Below the pieces are notes generated by a model, which searched no databases, was not told where the DNA came from, and saw only the letters and a program-made list of their open reading frames with translations. A DNA stretch of 64,000 bases from a virus: the IMG/VR virus record IMGVR_UViG_3300017917_003607, positions 32,001 to 96,000 of that record, one strand, 5' to 3'. A program made the position numbers and the translations under genes. This document shows, piece after piece, positions 26,601 to 36,244 of this stretch; position 1 is the stretch's first letter, and each line of letters begins with the position of its first letter.

Positions 26601-29309
26601 CTTGTCTTCCCAACCTTCTTCAGCTAATTCGTATATGTAATTTGGTTCTAATCCTCTTTTATTCCAATATTTAACCTCATCAGGTGATATAATCAAAACG
26701 TCTTCATCAAGTCTATCTTGGTCACCATCACCTAATGGATATCCATTCACTAATTCACATTGTTCTTTAGTGTAAAACTCTCTTTTAGTTGGGTCATCAA
26801 TTAATAAAGTTTCTCTAACATCATCTTTAAAAACAACCATTAAAGGTTCTAATCTTTTGTTAAATGTAGCAACCGCTCTAGGTACATTATACTCCCCAAC
26901 CATATCGGGATTTTTTTCTAACTCATCATTTTCTAATCTGTAACAATTTATTTGAATTGTGTCACCTTTCTTTTGAACGTCACCATGAGATGCTCTTGAG
27001 CCATTATTAACGTAATAAATCACATCCCCCAAATTAACATTAAGACCATCTCTAATTGCCAATTCCATATGTGCCATCCGAGACATCAGATTTCCTGCTT
27101 TTGTCTTTTGAGTACATCTTGTTCTGTAATCGTCTAAACTAAGTTTTACCTTCGCTCTTGAAGCAATCAACTTAAGAGGGATTTTCATACTAACAATTTT
27201 TTCCAAATACTCATAGTAATACTCAACAAATTCTTGTCCCTTACCATTTAGTAAAAGTTTCAAACCTTTATCCAAAAATTCTTCAATATATAGAGGTAGT
27301 TTCTTTGATTTAATTGTATTGCCAACAAGTTTGATTTTTCCTTTATCGGTCATAAGAGCGTAGTTTTTACGAGCCACGTTAATACATGATGGCCAAACAC
27401 CATCGTTATCTAAAGCCATTTCACCTCTCATGAATATGTCATTATATTCGGCAATATCGGCAGCGGCTCCTGTATATTCTTTACCCTCTTTAACTTTCCA
27501 ATTGTTTCCACGACCAATATACTTGCGAGTCTCAATATCAGAAGGTGCGGAGAAGTTTACACCGTCCGTGTCCATTACAAGTGGTTGATAACCACGAGTC
27601 ATGAAGAATTTAATCATTTGACGTAGGTACTGTCTACCTGTACAGGTAATTTGTTCTCCCATGTACATATCACCCCAATGAAACACCTGAGGAGCGGATA
27701 AAGCACCGAACATTGAGTTAATAAAAATCTTAATTGGTAACTGTTTGTTTGAATATGTTTCAGAAAGTTTTGGGTCTGTTTTTTCGTATTTTTCCGCCAA
27801 TTCTTTATAGTGAATACGGGTGTCACGGAAATATTTTAACATTCCTTTCATTGCACCTGTTACATCACATTTTGGAAACACATCGTGAACCAATTGAATT
27901 GATGGATATAGTGAACTAAAGTCAAGTTTCAATACGTTAGTTGAGTAACCAACTTTTAGTAATCGTGACAAACCACCAACAAAGTCTGTCTTACCTTGTT
28001 TTTCAGGAATAGCCAAACCATGTTTGTAAGACCACGCAACCATCAACATTTTCCAAAGAGTTGCAGTACCCATAGTAGATACACGTTCATAAGTTGTTGG
28101 AATCATGGATGCAAGTAAGAAAGATGCTTGGTTAAATTCTTTATCAACCAACAGAGTTTCTTCCAAGTCATCATCAAGATATCTTTCAACTATATTATCA
28201 CCCGTGGTCTTAAGGTAAGTGTCACTTCTTCGAGAACAAATGTCATCAATTTTTGGGTCCAAACCAACCTTTTTGTAATTACCATTCTTAATATTTAACC
28301 AATATTCTTCTTTCTTTTTATATAAAGAACCAATATCTGTGTGCTGAATATAAACACGGTCCTCAGCTTCGAGGTCCAAATATTGTGTAATATATTTCAA
28401 ACCAGCGGCTTTAATGTTGGAGTTAATTGCTTGTGCTCTACGAACAGAGTGTAGGATATCAATTACATTATATCCCCAAATTGAAGTTTGTTGATAATCT
28501 TCTATTTCGTTAGCTAACTTAAGTATTTGCTTTGTTTGAGTTATACTCTTTTCAGGATTGAGTGAGTGACACACTTTTTTTATATCCAAACCAAGAGCTT
28601 TACATCTTTCAAATATCCAATACCAGTCAAAGTTAAATGAGTTATATCCACCAATAATTGAAGGTCTAAGTTCATCAATTACTTTGAAAAATTCAATGAT
28701 ACCTTCTCTTTCTTGGTCTTCTTCCATACATTCAATCACCCTGTGGTAACCCTTGTTTGTTTTTAATCCAATCATGAATATACGACCATCCTTTGGTTCA
28801 AGTGAGGTCGTTTCTAAGTCAAATACCAATCGAGTTACTTCATCGTAATCTGCAAAACCTTTGAATAATCGTTTTTCTTTCTGAACTAAGAATTGTTCTA
28901 CGGGCGGTAACATCAAGATTTTATCTTTCATTTTTTCACCCCAAGGGTCTAACCCTCCATCCCTAAAAAATTGAATTAGAGTCCTATATCCTTTGAGTGA
29001 TTTAACCATAAATGTAAGACCTCTTTCAAGTCTCTCATCACCCATAGTTTCAAGTTTGTCAATTACAATACCATACTTGGTCATTGCTTCTTTTTGTAAA
29101 CCTTTAGAACCTTGATAAAAGTTTAATCCTCGTAAATCACCAACCCATGCAAAAGCAACAAAAGTATCCCTTTGAATGACTTTTCCCTTACCAGGAATTT
29201 CTTTAATTTTGTAAATGTAGTCTGATTGATAATCGAATTCTATCGATGTGATGAATTCTTCGGGGTCAGCACCCTCCAAAAACTGCTTAATTTCTTCTTG
29301 TGATATCAT
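26577..29309 (-). CDS. polB: family B DNA polymerase
   Basis: Exo I FDLET, Exo II YNSFNFD, motif A DFSSLYPS, motif B KIFINSMFG, motif C DTDG; no intein evident. Confidence 0.95.
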   Translation of the reverse strand: MISQEEIKQFLEGADPEEFITSIEFDYQSDYIYKIKEIPGKGKVIQRDTFVAFAWVGDLRGLNFYQGSKGLQKEAMTKYGIVIDKLETMGDERLERGLTFMVKSLKGYRTLIQFFRDGGLDPWGEKMKDKILMLPPVEQFLVQKEKRLFKGFADYDEVTRLVFDLETTSLEPKDGRIFMIGLKTNKGYHRVIECMEEDQEREGIIEFFKVIDELRPSIIGGYNSFNFDWYWIFERCKALGLDIKKVCHSLNPEKSITQTKQILKLANEIEDYQQTSIWGYNVIDILHSVRRAQAINSNIKAAGLKYITQYLDLEAEDRVYIQHTDIGSLYKKKEEYWLNIKNGNYKKVGLDPKIDDICSRRSDTYLKTTGDNIVERYLDDDLEETLLVDKEFNQASFLLASMIPTTYERVSTMGTATLWKMLMVAWSYKHGLAIPEKQGKTDFVGGLSRLLKVGYSTNVLKLDFSSLYPSIQLVHDVFPKCDVTGAMKGMLKYFRDTRIHYKELAEKYEKTDPKLSETYSNKQLPIKIFINSMFGALSAPQVFHWGDMYMGEQITCTGRQYLRQMIKFFMTRGYQPLVMDTDGVNFSAPSDIETRKYIGRGNNWKVKEGKEYTGAAADIAEYNDIFMRGEMALDNDGVWPSCINVARKNYALMTDKGKIKLVGNTIKSKKLPLYIEEFLDKGLKLLLNGKGQEFVEYYYEYLEKIVSMKIPLKLIASRAKVKLSLDDYRTRCTQKTKAGNLMSRMAHMELAIRDGLNVNLGDVIYYVNNGSRASHGDVQKKGDTIQINCYRLENDELEKNPDMVGEYNVPRAVATFNKRLEPLMVVFKDDVRETLLIDDPTKREFYTKEQCELVNGYPLGDGDQDRLDEDVLIISPDEVKYWNKRGLEPNYIYELAEEGWEDKLTQFESV

Positions 29310-29320
29310 ATTTTCCTTTC

Positions 29321-29366
29321 CGAGTGGTGTATTAGCTGCCGTGGTTCACGACATTTACCTTACTCA
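29321..29366 (-). promoter_or_regulatory. structured 5' leader of polB
   Basis: UGAGU-AA-GGU-AAA-UGUCGUG-AAC-CACGGCA-GCUAAUAC-ACC-ACUCG: nested stems, GC-rich relative to the AT-rich background. Confidence 0.6.
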
Positions 29367-29376
29367 TTCATGGATA

Positions 29377-29405
29377 AATATAATTTGGTGAAGTTGTATT
29401 ATCAA
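29377..29405 (-). promoter_or_regulatory. sigma70-like promoter TTGATA-N17-TATATT for polB
   Basis: Matches the early/middle pattern at 118-145 and 36840-36867; overlaps a TATTTATC variant. Confidence 0.55.
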
Positions 29406-29782
29406 CAACAGTATTGAGTTTTTATAAACGAATCTGTTACGTTTATGTATAGGTTTTCTCTTATTGGAACAATTAGTTCACCCTGAGATGTTGTCACACT
29501 AAATTCCCCTAAAAATCTACCTGTAGATTTTGTGTCTTTATCTGTGAACTGATAATAGATATAATATTCTGTTGGTGCATCAGGATTATCCAATATTTTT
29601 TCAACAATATATGCGGGTTTGGATGCAATCTTTAAAACACCATCACCTTCATTTCTCATCGAAAATGTTATAACTGCATTTTCCAAATCCTCCATAAAAT
29701 TACGAAAATCATTTCTACCATCCTTAACTATTTGCATTTTAAGAATAGGAAGAGTAGCACCTTTTTTGATAAAAAATTCCAT
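29402..29782 (-). CDS. BppU-like Ig-fold structural protein
   Basis: FFIKKGATLPIL...YQFTDKDT..TGRFLGEF pattern; late motif 4 nt upstream. Confidence 0.55.
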   Translation of the reverse strand: MEFFIKKGATLPILKMQIVKDGRNDFRNFMEDLENAVITFSMRNEGDGVLKIASKPAYIVEKILDNPDAPTEYYIYYQFTDKDTKSTGRFLGEFSVTTSQGELIVPIRENLYINVTDSFIKTQYCC

Positions 29783-29786
29783 TATA

Positions 29787-29794
29787 TATAAATA
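29787..29794 (-). promoter_or_regulatory. putative late promoter TATTTATA
   Basis: 4 nt upstream of the ATG at 29782. Confidence 0.65.
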
Positions 29795-29817
29795 TTATGT
29801 TTTGTTAATTAAAAATT

Positions 29818-32454
29818 CTATCCAATATTTAATCTTAATGTTCCTGCGTTGGCACCACTACCCCAAGTATAGTCATATGTTCCTGTGGTTACACCTAAGG
29901 TTGATAATGTTTTTCCTGTAAAAGTTGATTGAGTTGTTAAAGTCGTATTTGAAGTGTATCCTGAAGGAACCACTAAATAATATATTAGTCCTTGTTTAAT
30001 AACACTTACTAAATCTCCGCTACCAGAATTAGCATTTGTAAGACCTGAAACACCAAAATTAGTTGGGAATGTAAGTGTTGAACCCGTGTATAAATCAACA
30101 GGTTTTGTTGAAATACCCGTTCCTGAGCTAAGTGATGCGGTATTTGGAGTTACAAAACTATTAAAATTACCAGATTGTCTATAAGTCAAATTAGTGAGAT
30201 TAAACTTACCCGTACCCGATAATATTACATCAGAACCAGATTCAAATAACCTCATTTCAAATGAAGAACCCGACACACTTGTACTACTTGGTGTTGGAGT
30301 AATTGTGTTTGTTGGTGTCACACTGGGTGTATTGGTTGGTGTATTAGTTGGTGTATCTGTAATTGTAGGGGTTATTGAAGGAGTTACAGAACTTGTTGGA
30401 GTATTAGTTGGTGTTTCAGTTGGCGTTACCGTAGGAGTTGGGGTTATCCCACCATTAATTGTTAAACTCACATAAACAGTTACTCCCGTAACCCATTCGG
30501 TTGTTGCGGATTGTATTAAAATTGCACTTCCTGAAGGTGTTCCAAGAGGTGGCACTCCAATCCCTGTTCCAAACACAAATCCAGTTCCAGGAACGCCAGG
30601 AGGTGTACCTGTATTGCCCGACCAAAACTTGAATGCGTTTGTATCTCCTGAATAAATTGCTGTACTTCCTGTTTGACTTAAAGTAATTGTAATACTTTGT
30701 CCTGTAAATCCTGAAAAATAATTAGTTCTGTCAGTATTGGTAGTATCAATTGAATTAAAGTAAAAACCGTTTCCTGTGATTGAGAATACGTTAGGGTCTG
30801 TTGTACCAGTTTGTCCACCCAATGCTTGTTCTGTCATAATTGTATTTCCTGATGATGGGAAATTATACGGAAGAACAATTAAATTATATCCATAACCCGT
30901 TACAGGTATTGGTGTTGATGTTGGTGTTGGTGTATTGGTTGGAGTTACAGTACTCGTAGGAGTTTCTGTTACAGTTGGTGTTACAGTACTTGTAGGGGTT
31001 TCTGTCACAGTTGGAGTATTAGTTGGTGTGCTGGTTGGTGTATCTGTAATTGTAGGAGTTATAGATGGTGTTATCGAACTTGTTGGAGTATTGGTTGGTG
31101 TATCTGTAATTGTAGGAGTTATAGAAGGTGTTATCGAACTTGTTGGGGTATTGGTTGGTGTGATGGTTGGGGTATTTGTAATTGTAGGAGTTATTGAAGG
31201 TGTTATAGAACTTGTTGGGGTAATTGTGGTTGTACTTGTTGGGGTATTTGTAATTGTGGGGGTTGCGGAAGGTGTTATAGAATTTGTTGGTGTATTGGTT
31301 GGTGTTGTTGACGGAGTTATTGTATTAGTTGGACTAACTGTTGGTGTGTTGGTTGGGGTTTGAGTTGGCGTCTTAGTTGGTGTTGGAGTTGGTGTTGGTG
31401 ACGGGCACATTCCCAAATCAACAATTGTTAAAGAATTAACACCGCCAGTTCTAACAATACTATTTTTCTTAGCACATAGATAAAAATCAGGATTTGGTCC
31501 TAATATATTACCACTGATTAGGTTACCATCACAATCTATATATGAATAAATTACACTACCTAATATTGAGTCGTTAATTAATTGGTATCTCTCACAACCT
31601 TGATAATTAATTGTAGACGTAACACTAGGTGTGATTGTTGGGGTTTGAGTTGGTGTTTTTGTTACCGTTGATGTGACTGTCTGAGTTAATGTTTGTGTCG
31701 GTGTTGGGGTTGGTGTTGGCGTAATCATTTGATTAACGGAAATACTAACATAAACTGTTTGACCTGTCACCCACTGTGTTGTTGCTGATTGTATCAAAAC
31801 GGCATTTCCTGAAGGTGTATTAGATGGTGGTACACCTATTCTAGTACCGAAAACAAAACCAGATTTACCTGATGTTGACCAATATTTAAATGAACTTGTG
31901 TCCCCTGAGTAAATCGCCACACTTCCACCTTGATTTAAAGTAATTGTAACACTTTGACCCGTAAAATTCGAGAAATAACTTGTTCTATCAATACCATTTA
32001 TATCAATACTATTAAAGTAAATTCCTCTTGAATTGGTGGCTAATATATTTGGGTTAGTACTACCTGTTGAGATACCAACCGCGTTATTCATGAATGTATT
32101 TCCAGTTGTTGGGAAATCTATTGGTAGGGCAACAAGATTATAACCAATTGGTGAAGGTGTTGAAGTTGGTGTGCTACTTATTGTTGGTGTTATTGTTGGT
32201 GTTACGGTTGTATTTGGTGTTGGGGTTGGAGATGGATTAACACCTGTAATATTCAGAACAAACGTTTGGTCAGTACCTGAAAAATATAAAAATACTTTAC
32301 CTTGTGGGGTACCATCGGCAGGAAAGTAATCGAATGGAATAGTTTCAGGACCTAAAATAGTTGTTTGATTTGTTGAATTATCTAAAAAACTAACAATACA
32401 TGTTTTTCCACTATAGGTGTTACTTTCAACTCTAAATCCGTAATCGTTTGCCAT
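29818..32454 (-). CDS. mucin-like Thr/Pro-rich virion protein with a duplicated beta domain
   Basis: 878 aa; four (T/S)PT linkers separating globular domains; a ~140 aa domain is present twice. Confidence 0.8.
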   Translation of the reverse strand: MANDYGFRVESNTYSGKTCIVSFLDNSTNQTTILGPETIPFDYFPADGTPQGKVFLYFSGTDQTFVLNITGVNPSPTPTPNTTVTPTITPTISSTPTSTPSPIGYNLVALPIDFPTTGNTFMNNAVGISTGSTNPNILATNSRGIYFNSIDINGIDRTSYFSNFTGQSVTITLNQGGSVAIYSGDTSSFKYWSTSGKSGFVFGTRIGVPPSNTPSGNAVLIQSATTQWVTGQTVYVSISVNQMITPTPTPTPTQTLTQTVTSTVTKTPTQTPTITPSVTSTINYQGCERYQLINDSILGSVIYSYIDCDGNLISGNILGPNPDFYLCAKKNSIVRTGGVNSLTIVDLGMCPSPTPTPTPTKTPTQTPTNTPTVSPTNTITPSTTPTNTPTNSITPSATPTITNTPTSTTTITPTSSITPSITPTITNTPTITPTNTPTSSITPSITPTITDTPTNTPTSSITPSITPTITDTPTSTPTNTPTVTETPTSTVTPTVTETPTSTVTPTNTPTPTSTPIPVTGYGYNLIVLPYNFPSSGNTIMTEQALGGQTGTTDPNVFSITGNGFYFNSIDTTNTDRTNYFSGFTGQSITITLSQTGSTAIYSGDTNAFKFWSGNTGTPPGVPGTGFVFGTGIGVPPLGTPSGSAILIQSATTEWVTGVTVYVSLTINGGITPTPTVTPTETPTNTPTSSVTPSITPTITDTPTNTPTNTPSVTPTNTITPTPSSTSVSGSSFEMRLFESGSDVILSGTGKFNLTNLTYRQSGNFNSFVTPNTASLSSGTGISTKPVDLYTGSTLTFPTNFGVSGLTNANSGSGDLVSVIKQGLIYYLVVPSGYTSNTTLTTQSTFTGKTLSTLGVTTGTYDYTWGSGANAGTLRLNIG
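30910..31404. repeat. Thr-Pro coding repeat tract with near-perfect 60-bp and 36-bp tandem units
   Basis: tggttggtgtatctgtaattgtaggagttataga(t/a)ggtgttatcgaacttgttgg unit at ~31032 and ~31092, with a related copy at ~30345; 36-bp unit at ~30938 and ~30974. Confidence 0.85.
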
Positions 32455-34358
32455 TATGGTGCAGGTATTAATGTTACTGTAAAATCTCCACTGTCAACAA
32501 CACAAGCAGTTGTTGGACAATCAAAATTAAACAAATTATATTTATCTTTAAGTATTCTATAATTATGTTGAATCTGTGATGACACCAAAGGTTCCACATA
32601 CATTCTAAATTCTGAAATACCCCCCATAAAAGTACCCCCAAAGTTTTGTTCTAAAAGTATTGGGGTTGTCAATCCTGATAAACTTGTACCACTTAAATTA
32701 TTTTCACACATGACTTCAGGGTCTTGAATATATGGACCTGTTGCGTTTGAACACCCACTAAAAGTTAAAGATTCTCTTAATCCAAAAGTACCCCCACCCC
32801 ATGAAATGTTAAATGGGACACCAATCTGTTTTTCTTTAACTTCGTCAAGTTCTCTTGGAATAATTTCCTCAAAATTTTCTATCTTCATGAATCTTTTACC
32901 ATTCACATAAAAAATTAAATCACCTAATCTGAATTTTCTTTGCTCTAACCACTTTCTCTGCAATGTAATTATTTCAACCCTACTAGGGTAGGTATTACCT
33001 GTATGTGTACTTGGTGGGGTAATTAGAGACACTGTTTTATTAATGGTAGATGCGGTGAAAATTAATTCTCTCATTCCACCTAAACCCCCCATGTTTATTA
33101 AATCACAATCCTCTAACGTTTGATATCTACTGAAAACAACGTCTATCATGACCCATTTTTCAATACCTGTACTACCTGTTGAGCAATCGTCATATATACC
33201 GTTTGTGGAACAAATTTCAGTAATCGTATATCCTGTTTCATATGTTTGACCTGTATTTACACAAGTTCCTGTTGTTTCACAATTACCTGTCCACAACAAA
33301 TATTTTACACAAAGTCTTGGATTTGATGGGTCACCACTTAACCTAAAAGATAAGGCATTAGAATATGTATCTAATTCAGTTTCTTTTTCTGTTTGTATTA
33401 CTTGTTCTGTCTCACAGCTTTTTTGAATTGTTATTGCGGAAAGAGGGTATACCGTATAACAATTTGAGTTTGTTGATGCGGTATTACTACAACCACACGT
33501 TTCAACACAGGACCCTGATAAGGACTCTGTTACTCTTGTATAACCTGTATTCCCAGAATTTGAACTATCTGCATAGTGCCAAAATTTATTTTCACCTCTA
33601 GTCCCCATGTAGAAGAAGATTCCTGAATTATCAGGATAAACTGTATTTAATAATGTTTGACCACTATTTGGGGTGTACTCATCAACTAATCTAGGTTTTA
33701 ATAATAATTCTACCGTCCAACCTTTATTCATTCTTTCGGGTAATATTTTATAATCATATCCATATAATTGATAAAAACCCTGTAAATAACCACCATACAA
33801 TTCATAATATTGACCAATTGTTGTTGCGGTTTTAGTTACCATATTATAAAGTGTTTGAGCGGTTATACCTGAGAATCTTATATTTGGACTTTGGGTGTAT
33901 CCCGTGATTGGTCTCATTTTAAATCTTCGGTCATAATACAACGGATTAAACTTGTAGTCATTCCTAATACCCATAGAATAATATAATGTTTTACCCGTCA
34001 TTTCATTTACTAATCCATTATCAATTCCCGTTAAACCTATATCACAAGTCCCAGTAAAAGCACTATAACAACTATCGTTTAGTAAATTATTATTGTAATT
34101 ATTTGATGAAACAAATGTATTACCCGTTTTGTAATCACCATAATTTATTGTAAAATTTTGAGAACAACCACTATCTGACAATTGAATGTTAATTGGTAAT
34201 CTTTGTCCGTCCAAGTAACCAATCAATTGATTTGAAAAAACAACTTCTTCGTCATATTGTTGTTCGTCAGCAACTAAAAACAAATCAGTATATTCACTGT
34301 CGTCTGTATATGCATCAAATCTTCTGAAATAATAGTTATTAATGTTCTGCGTCGCCAT
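32454..34358 (-). CDS. Cys-rich virion protein with concanavalin A/LamG-like features
   Basis: GWTVELLLK, IFYVNGK, GTFMGGISEFRMYVEPL..SQIQHNY LamG-like end. Confidence 0.6.
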   Translation of the reverse strand: MATQNINNYYFRRFDAYTDDSEYTDLFLVADEQQYDEEVVFSNQLIGYLDGQRLPINIQLSDSGCSQNFTINYGDYKTGNTFVSSNNYNNNLLNDSCYSAFTGTCDIGLTGIDNGLVNEMTGKTLYYSMGIRNDYKFNPLYYDRRFKMRPITGYTQSPNIRFSGITAQTLYNMVTKTATTIGQYYELYGGYLQGFYQLYGYDYKILPERMNKGWTVELLLKPRLVDEYTPNSGQTLLNTVYPDNSGIFFYMGTRGENKFWHYADSSNSGNTGYTRVTESLSGSCVETCGCSNTASTNSNCYTVYPLSAITIQKSCETEQVIQTEKETELDTYSNALSFRLSGDPSNPRLCVKYLLWTGNCETTGTCVNTGQTYETGYTITEICSTNGIYDDCSTGSTGIEKWVMIDVVFSRYQTLEDCDLINMGGLGGMRELIFTASTINKTVSLITPPSTHTGNTYPSRVEIITLQRKWLEQRKFRLGDLIFYVNGKRFMKIENFEEIIPRELDEVKEKQIGVPFNISWGGGTFGLRESLTFSGCSNATGPYIQDPEVMCENNLSGTSLSGLTTPILLEQNFGGTFMGGISEFRMYVEPLVSSQIQHNYRILKDKYNLFNFDCPTTACVVDSGDFTVTLIPAP

Positions 34359-34359
34359 T

Positions 34360-34391
34360 CATAAATAAATACAAACATTATTGTATTTATA
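34360..34391. promoter_or_regulatory. back-to-back late promoters forming a 10-bp inverted repeat
   Basis: ataaatacaa (34365-34374) / ttgtatttat (34381-34390); TATTTATA on plus at 34384 and TATTTAT(T/G) on minus. Confidence 0.65.
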
Positions 34392-34409
34392 GTAAAAAGA
34401 AATTCATTG

Positions 34410-35108
34410 ATGTCACACGAATATAAAAATAGAAAAGACGCAGTTTTAAAAGCCAAAGAATTGGGTTGTATTGGTACCCATGAGATGAAAAATGGTAAAT
34501 TTATGCCATGTAAAACACATCAAAAATACTTAAGTCTTACCAAACAGAAAGAAAATGATGGTGAACTTGAGGAATTTGTGGACAAAGACGGTACAATGTT
34601 AAGCTCAAAAATACCTATTTTGGACCCACATGTTACACCTAAAAAAACAATGGACCAAACAGTATCAATGGCTAGAAATGTGTATGATATTTTTAGAATG
34701 GGATATAGAAGATATTTTTACGAAGAAGATATGAGTAAAGTTTTTGGGAGAGAAGAAGAGACAGATTTTATGTCTTATGATGAAACCGTAAACTTCCTAT
34801 CTGATTTACTTGGTATTGAAGACGCAAAATCAAAATCAAAGAAAAAAGAAATAGAATCCGATGCTGAAGAAAGAGCAAAGGAAATGGGTAAAATTCCTGG
34901 TAAAGAAAAAGTGCAAAGACTTTTTGAAAAAGAAACTGAAGTTACTGAAGATATTTTAGTAAAGAAAACTAAGTCAAATGGTGAGGTAAACAAAAAAGAA
35001 CAAATAACTTCTAAGATACTTAAAAGGAACTTGGATTTTGTAAAAAAACAAGCCGAAAGAGAAGGAGTGTCGATAAACGAATTAATTAAAATGTTGAAGA
35101 GTGAATAA
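34410..35108 (+). CDS. hypothetical protein with an N-terminal GC.G.H...MPC..H small domain (DUF3721-like)
   Basis: AKELGCIGTHEMKNGKFMPCKTH; ATG at 34410. Confidence 0.7.
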   Translation: MSHEYKNRKDAVLKAKELGCIGTHEMKNGKFMPCKTHQKYLSLTKQKENDGELEEFVDKDGTMLSSKIPILDPHVTPKKTMDQTVSMARNVYDIFRMGYRRYFYEEDMSKVFGREEETDFMSYDETVNFLSDLLGIEDAKSKSKKKEIESDAEERAKEMGKIPGKEKVQRLFEKETEVTEDILVKKTKSNGEVNKKEQITSKILKRNLDFVKKQAEREGVSINELIKMLKSE

Positions 35109-35559
35109 AGAACTGTATGATGAGAAATTTGAGATTCCTCAACATATTTTAGAAATTTTAAGAAAGTCTCTCTCAAAATATTCTAATCAAAGTGTTGAGA
35201 ATGTAAAAAGAGCTCAAGAACTCTCTGATTCAGGTTTTGCAACTTATCAACAATTAAAAAGAATAAAAAACTGGTTTGAAAATAGTGGGGATTCTACAAG
35301 TCCTGAATTTCAAATTTTAGGAGGACATTCATTCAAAGGATGGGTTGACCAAACTTTAGACAGCTCTCGAAACGCCAAAAAACTCCCAAAAAAAATAAAA
35401 AGTGATGCGGCGATTTCAAATCAATTTATAAAAACCCACCAAAAAAACACAGACTTAAAAACTGATTTTAGACCTAAACATTCACACACAAAACATTATT
35501 TAGGTCTTACAGAAGAAATTGAACAAATAAATAAATGGTTTAAAAAATTAATATTATGA
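35101..35559 (+). CDS. hypothetical phage protein
   Basis: 152 aa; RAQEL..LKRIKNWF..LGG..WV pattern; overlaps both neighbours. Confidence 0.7.
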   Translation: MNKELYDEKFEIPQHILEILRKSLSKYSNQSVENVKRAQELSDSGFATYQQLKRIKNWFENSGDSTSPEFQILGGHSFKGWVDQTLDSSRNAKKLPKKIKSDAAISNQFIKTHQKNTDLKTDFRPKHSHTKHYLGLTEEIEQINKWFKKLIL

Positions 35560-35858
35560 GTACACAAAATGATAAATTAGACTTTACTCAACCTGAGGCA
35601 GATAAAAACCAAATGAGTTTTTTTGCCGAACAACAAAGAGCAAAATTGTTTCCAAGAAACGACTATAATAATAAAAATCAATATGGACCTACAAATAAAG
35701 ATGCACTTGCAGATGGTGATTCTTTAGGTAGAGGTACTGGTGGTTTTTTAGATGTTAACAATGAAAAGATTGGAACATCAGATGATATTATGGAAAGAAT
35801 TGATAACATAAAAACAAACAAATACAACAACAAAAACCCTTATACAATCCCACAATAA
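35556..35858 (+). CDS. hypothetical protein
   Basis: 100 aa, translationally coupled. Confidence 0.7.
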   Translation: MSTQNDKLDFTQPEADKNQMSFFAEQQRAKLFPRNDYNNKNQYGPTNKDALADGDSLGRGTGGFLDVNNEKIGTSDDIMERIDNIKTNKYNNKNPYTIPQ

Positions 35859-36238
35859 TGAAGTTATTAGAAGCCATAAAAAGTTTTATAACAGAAACAG
35901 TATCTTTTGATGACCTACAAAGGGCCATCAAAAGTAAAGATGTTATTATTATAACTTATGATGGTGATGAACCAGGTGGAAAAGGATATAGAACGGTTTA
36001 TCCAGTATGTTTAGGTCGTTCCCTAAAAGGTAATTTGGTTTTAAGAGCTTACGAACCCGAAGGAGCTTCTCATAGTGTTGCAATAGGAAAAAAAGTTTTA
36101 CCTGGTTGGAGATTATTTAGAGTTGATAAAACCTTTACATTTAGAAGAACTGGCGAGACATTTGATACACTACCTTCTGACTACAACCCAAATGGTGACA
36201 AATTAATGACGACAGTATATATAAATGCAACTATATAA
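35858..36238 (+). CDS. stand-alone WYL-domain protein
   Basis: LQRAIKSKDVIIITY..G.RTVYPVCLG...LRAY...WRLFRVDK is the WYL fold signature. Confidence 0.75.
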   Translation: MKLLEAIKSFITETVSFDDLQRAIKSKDVIIITYDGDEPGGKGYRTVYPVCLGRSLKGNLVLRAYEPEGASHSVAIGKKVLPGWRLFRVDKTFTFRRTGETFDTLPSDYNPNGDKLMTTVYINATI

Positions 36239-36244
36239 AAAAAT

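Noticed and set aside
21752-29309. Inteins or introns in the helicase or polymerase
   Set aside because: Conserved motifs are normally spaced; no intein termini or homing endonuclease motifs seen.
29310-29400. tRNA or tRNA-like gene in the GC-rich intergenic stretch
   Set aside because: No cloverleaf, T-loop GTTCRA or acceptor stem; folds as one interrupted hairpin. No tRNA or rRNA genes were seen anywhere in the window.
30194-31363. Plus-strand Val/Gly-rich ORFs (93 and 142 aa)
   Set aside because: Antisense shadows of the Thr-Pro repeat codons; no independent start context.
30330-31404. Repeats considered as a CRISPR array or DGR template/variable pair
   Set aside because: In-frame coding tandem units without unique spacers; no cas or reverse transcriptase gene; differences are mostly synonymous, not adenine-specific.
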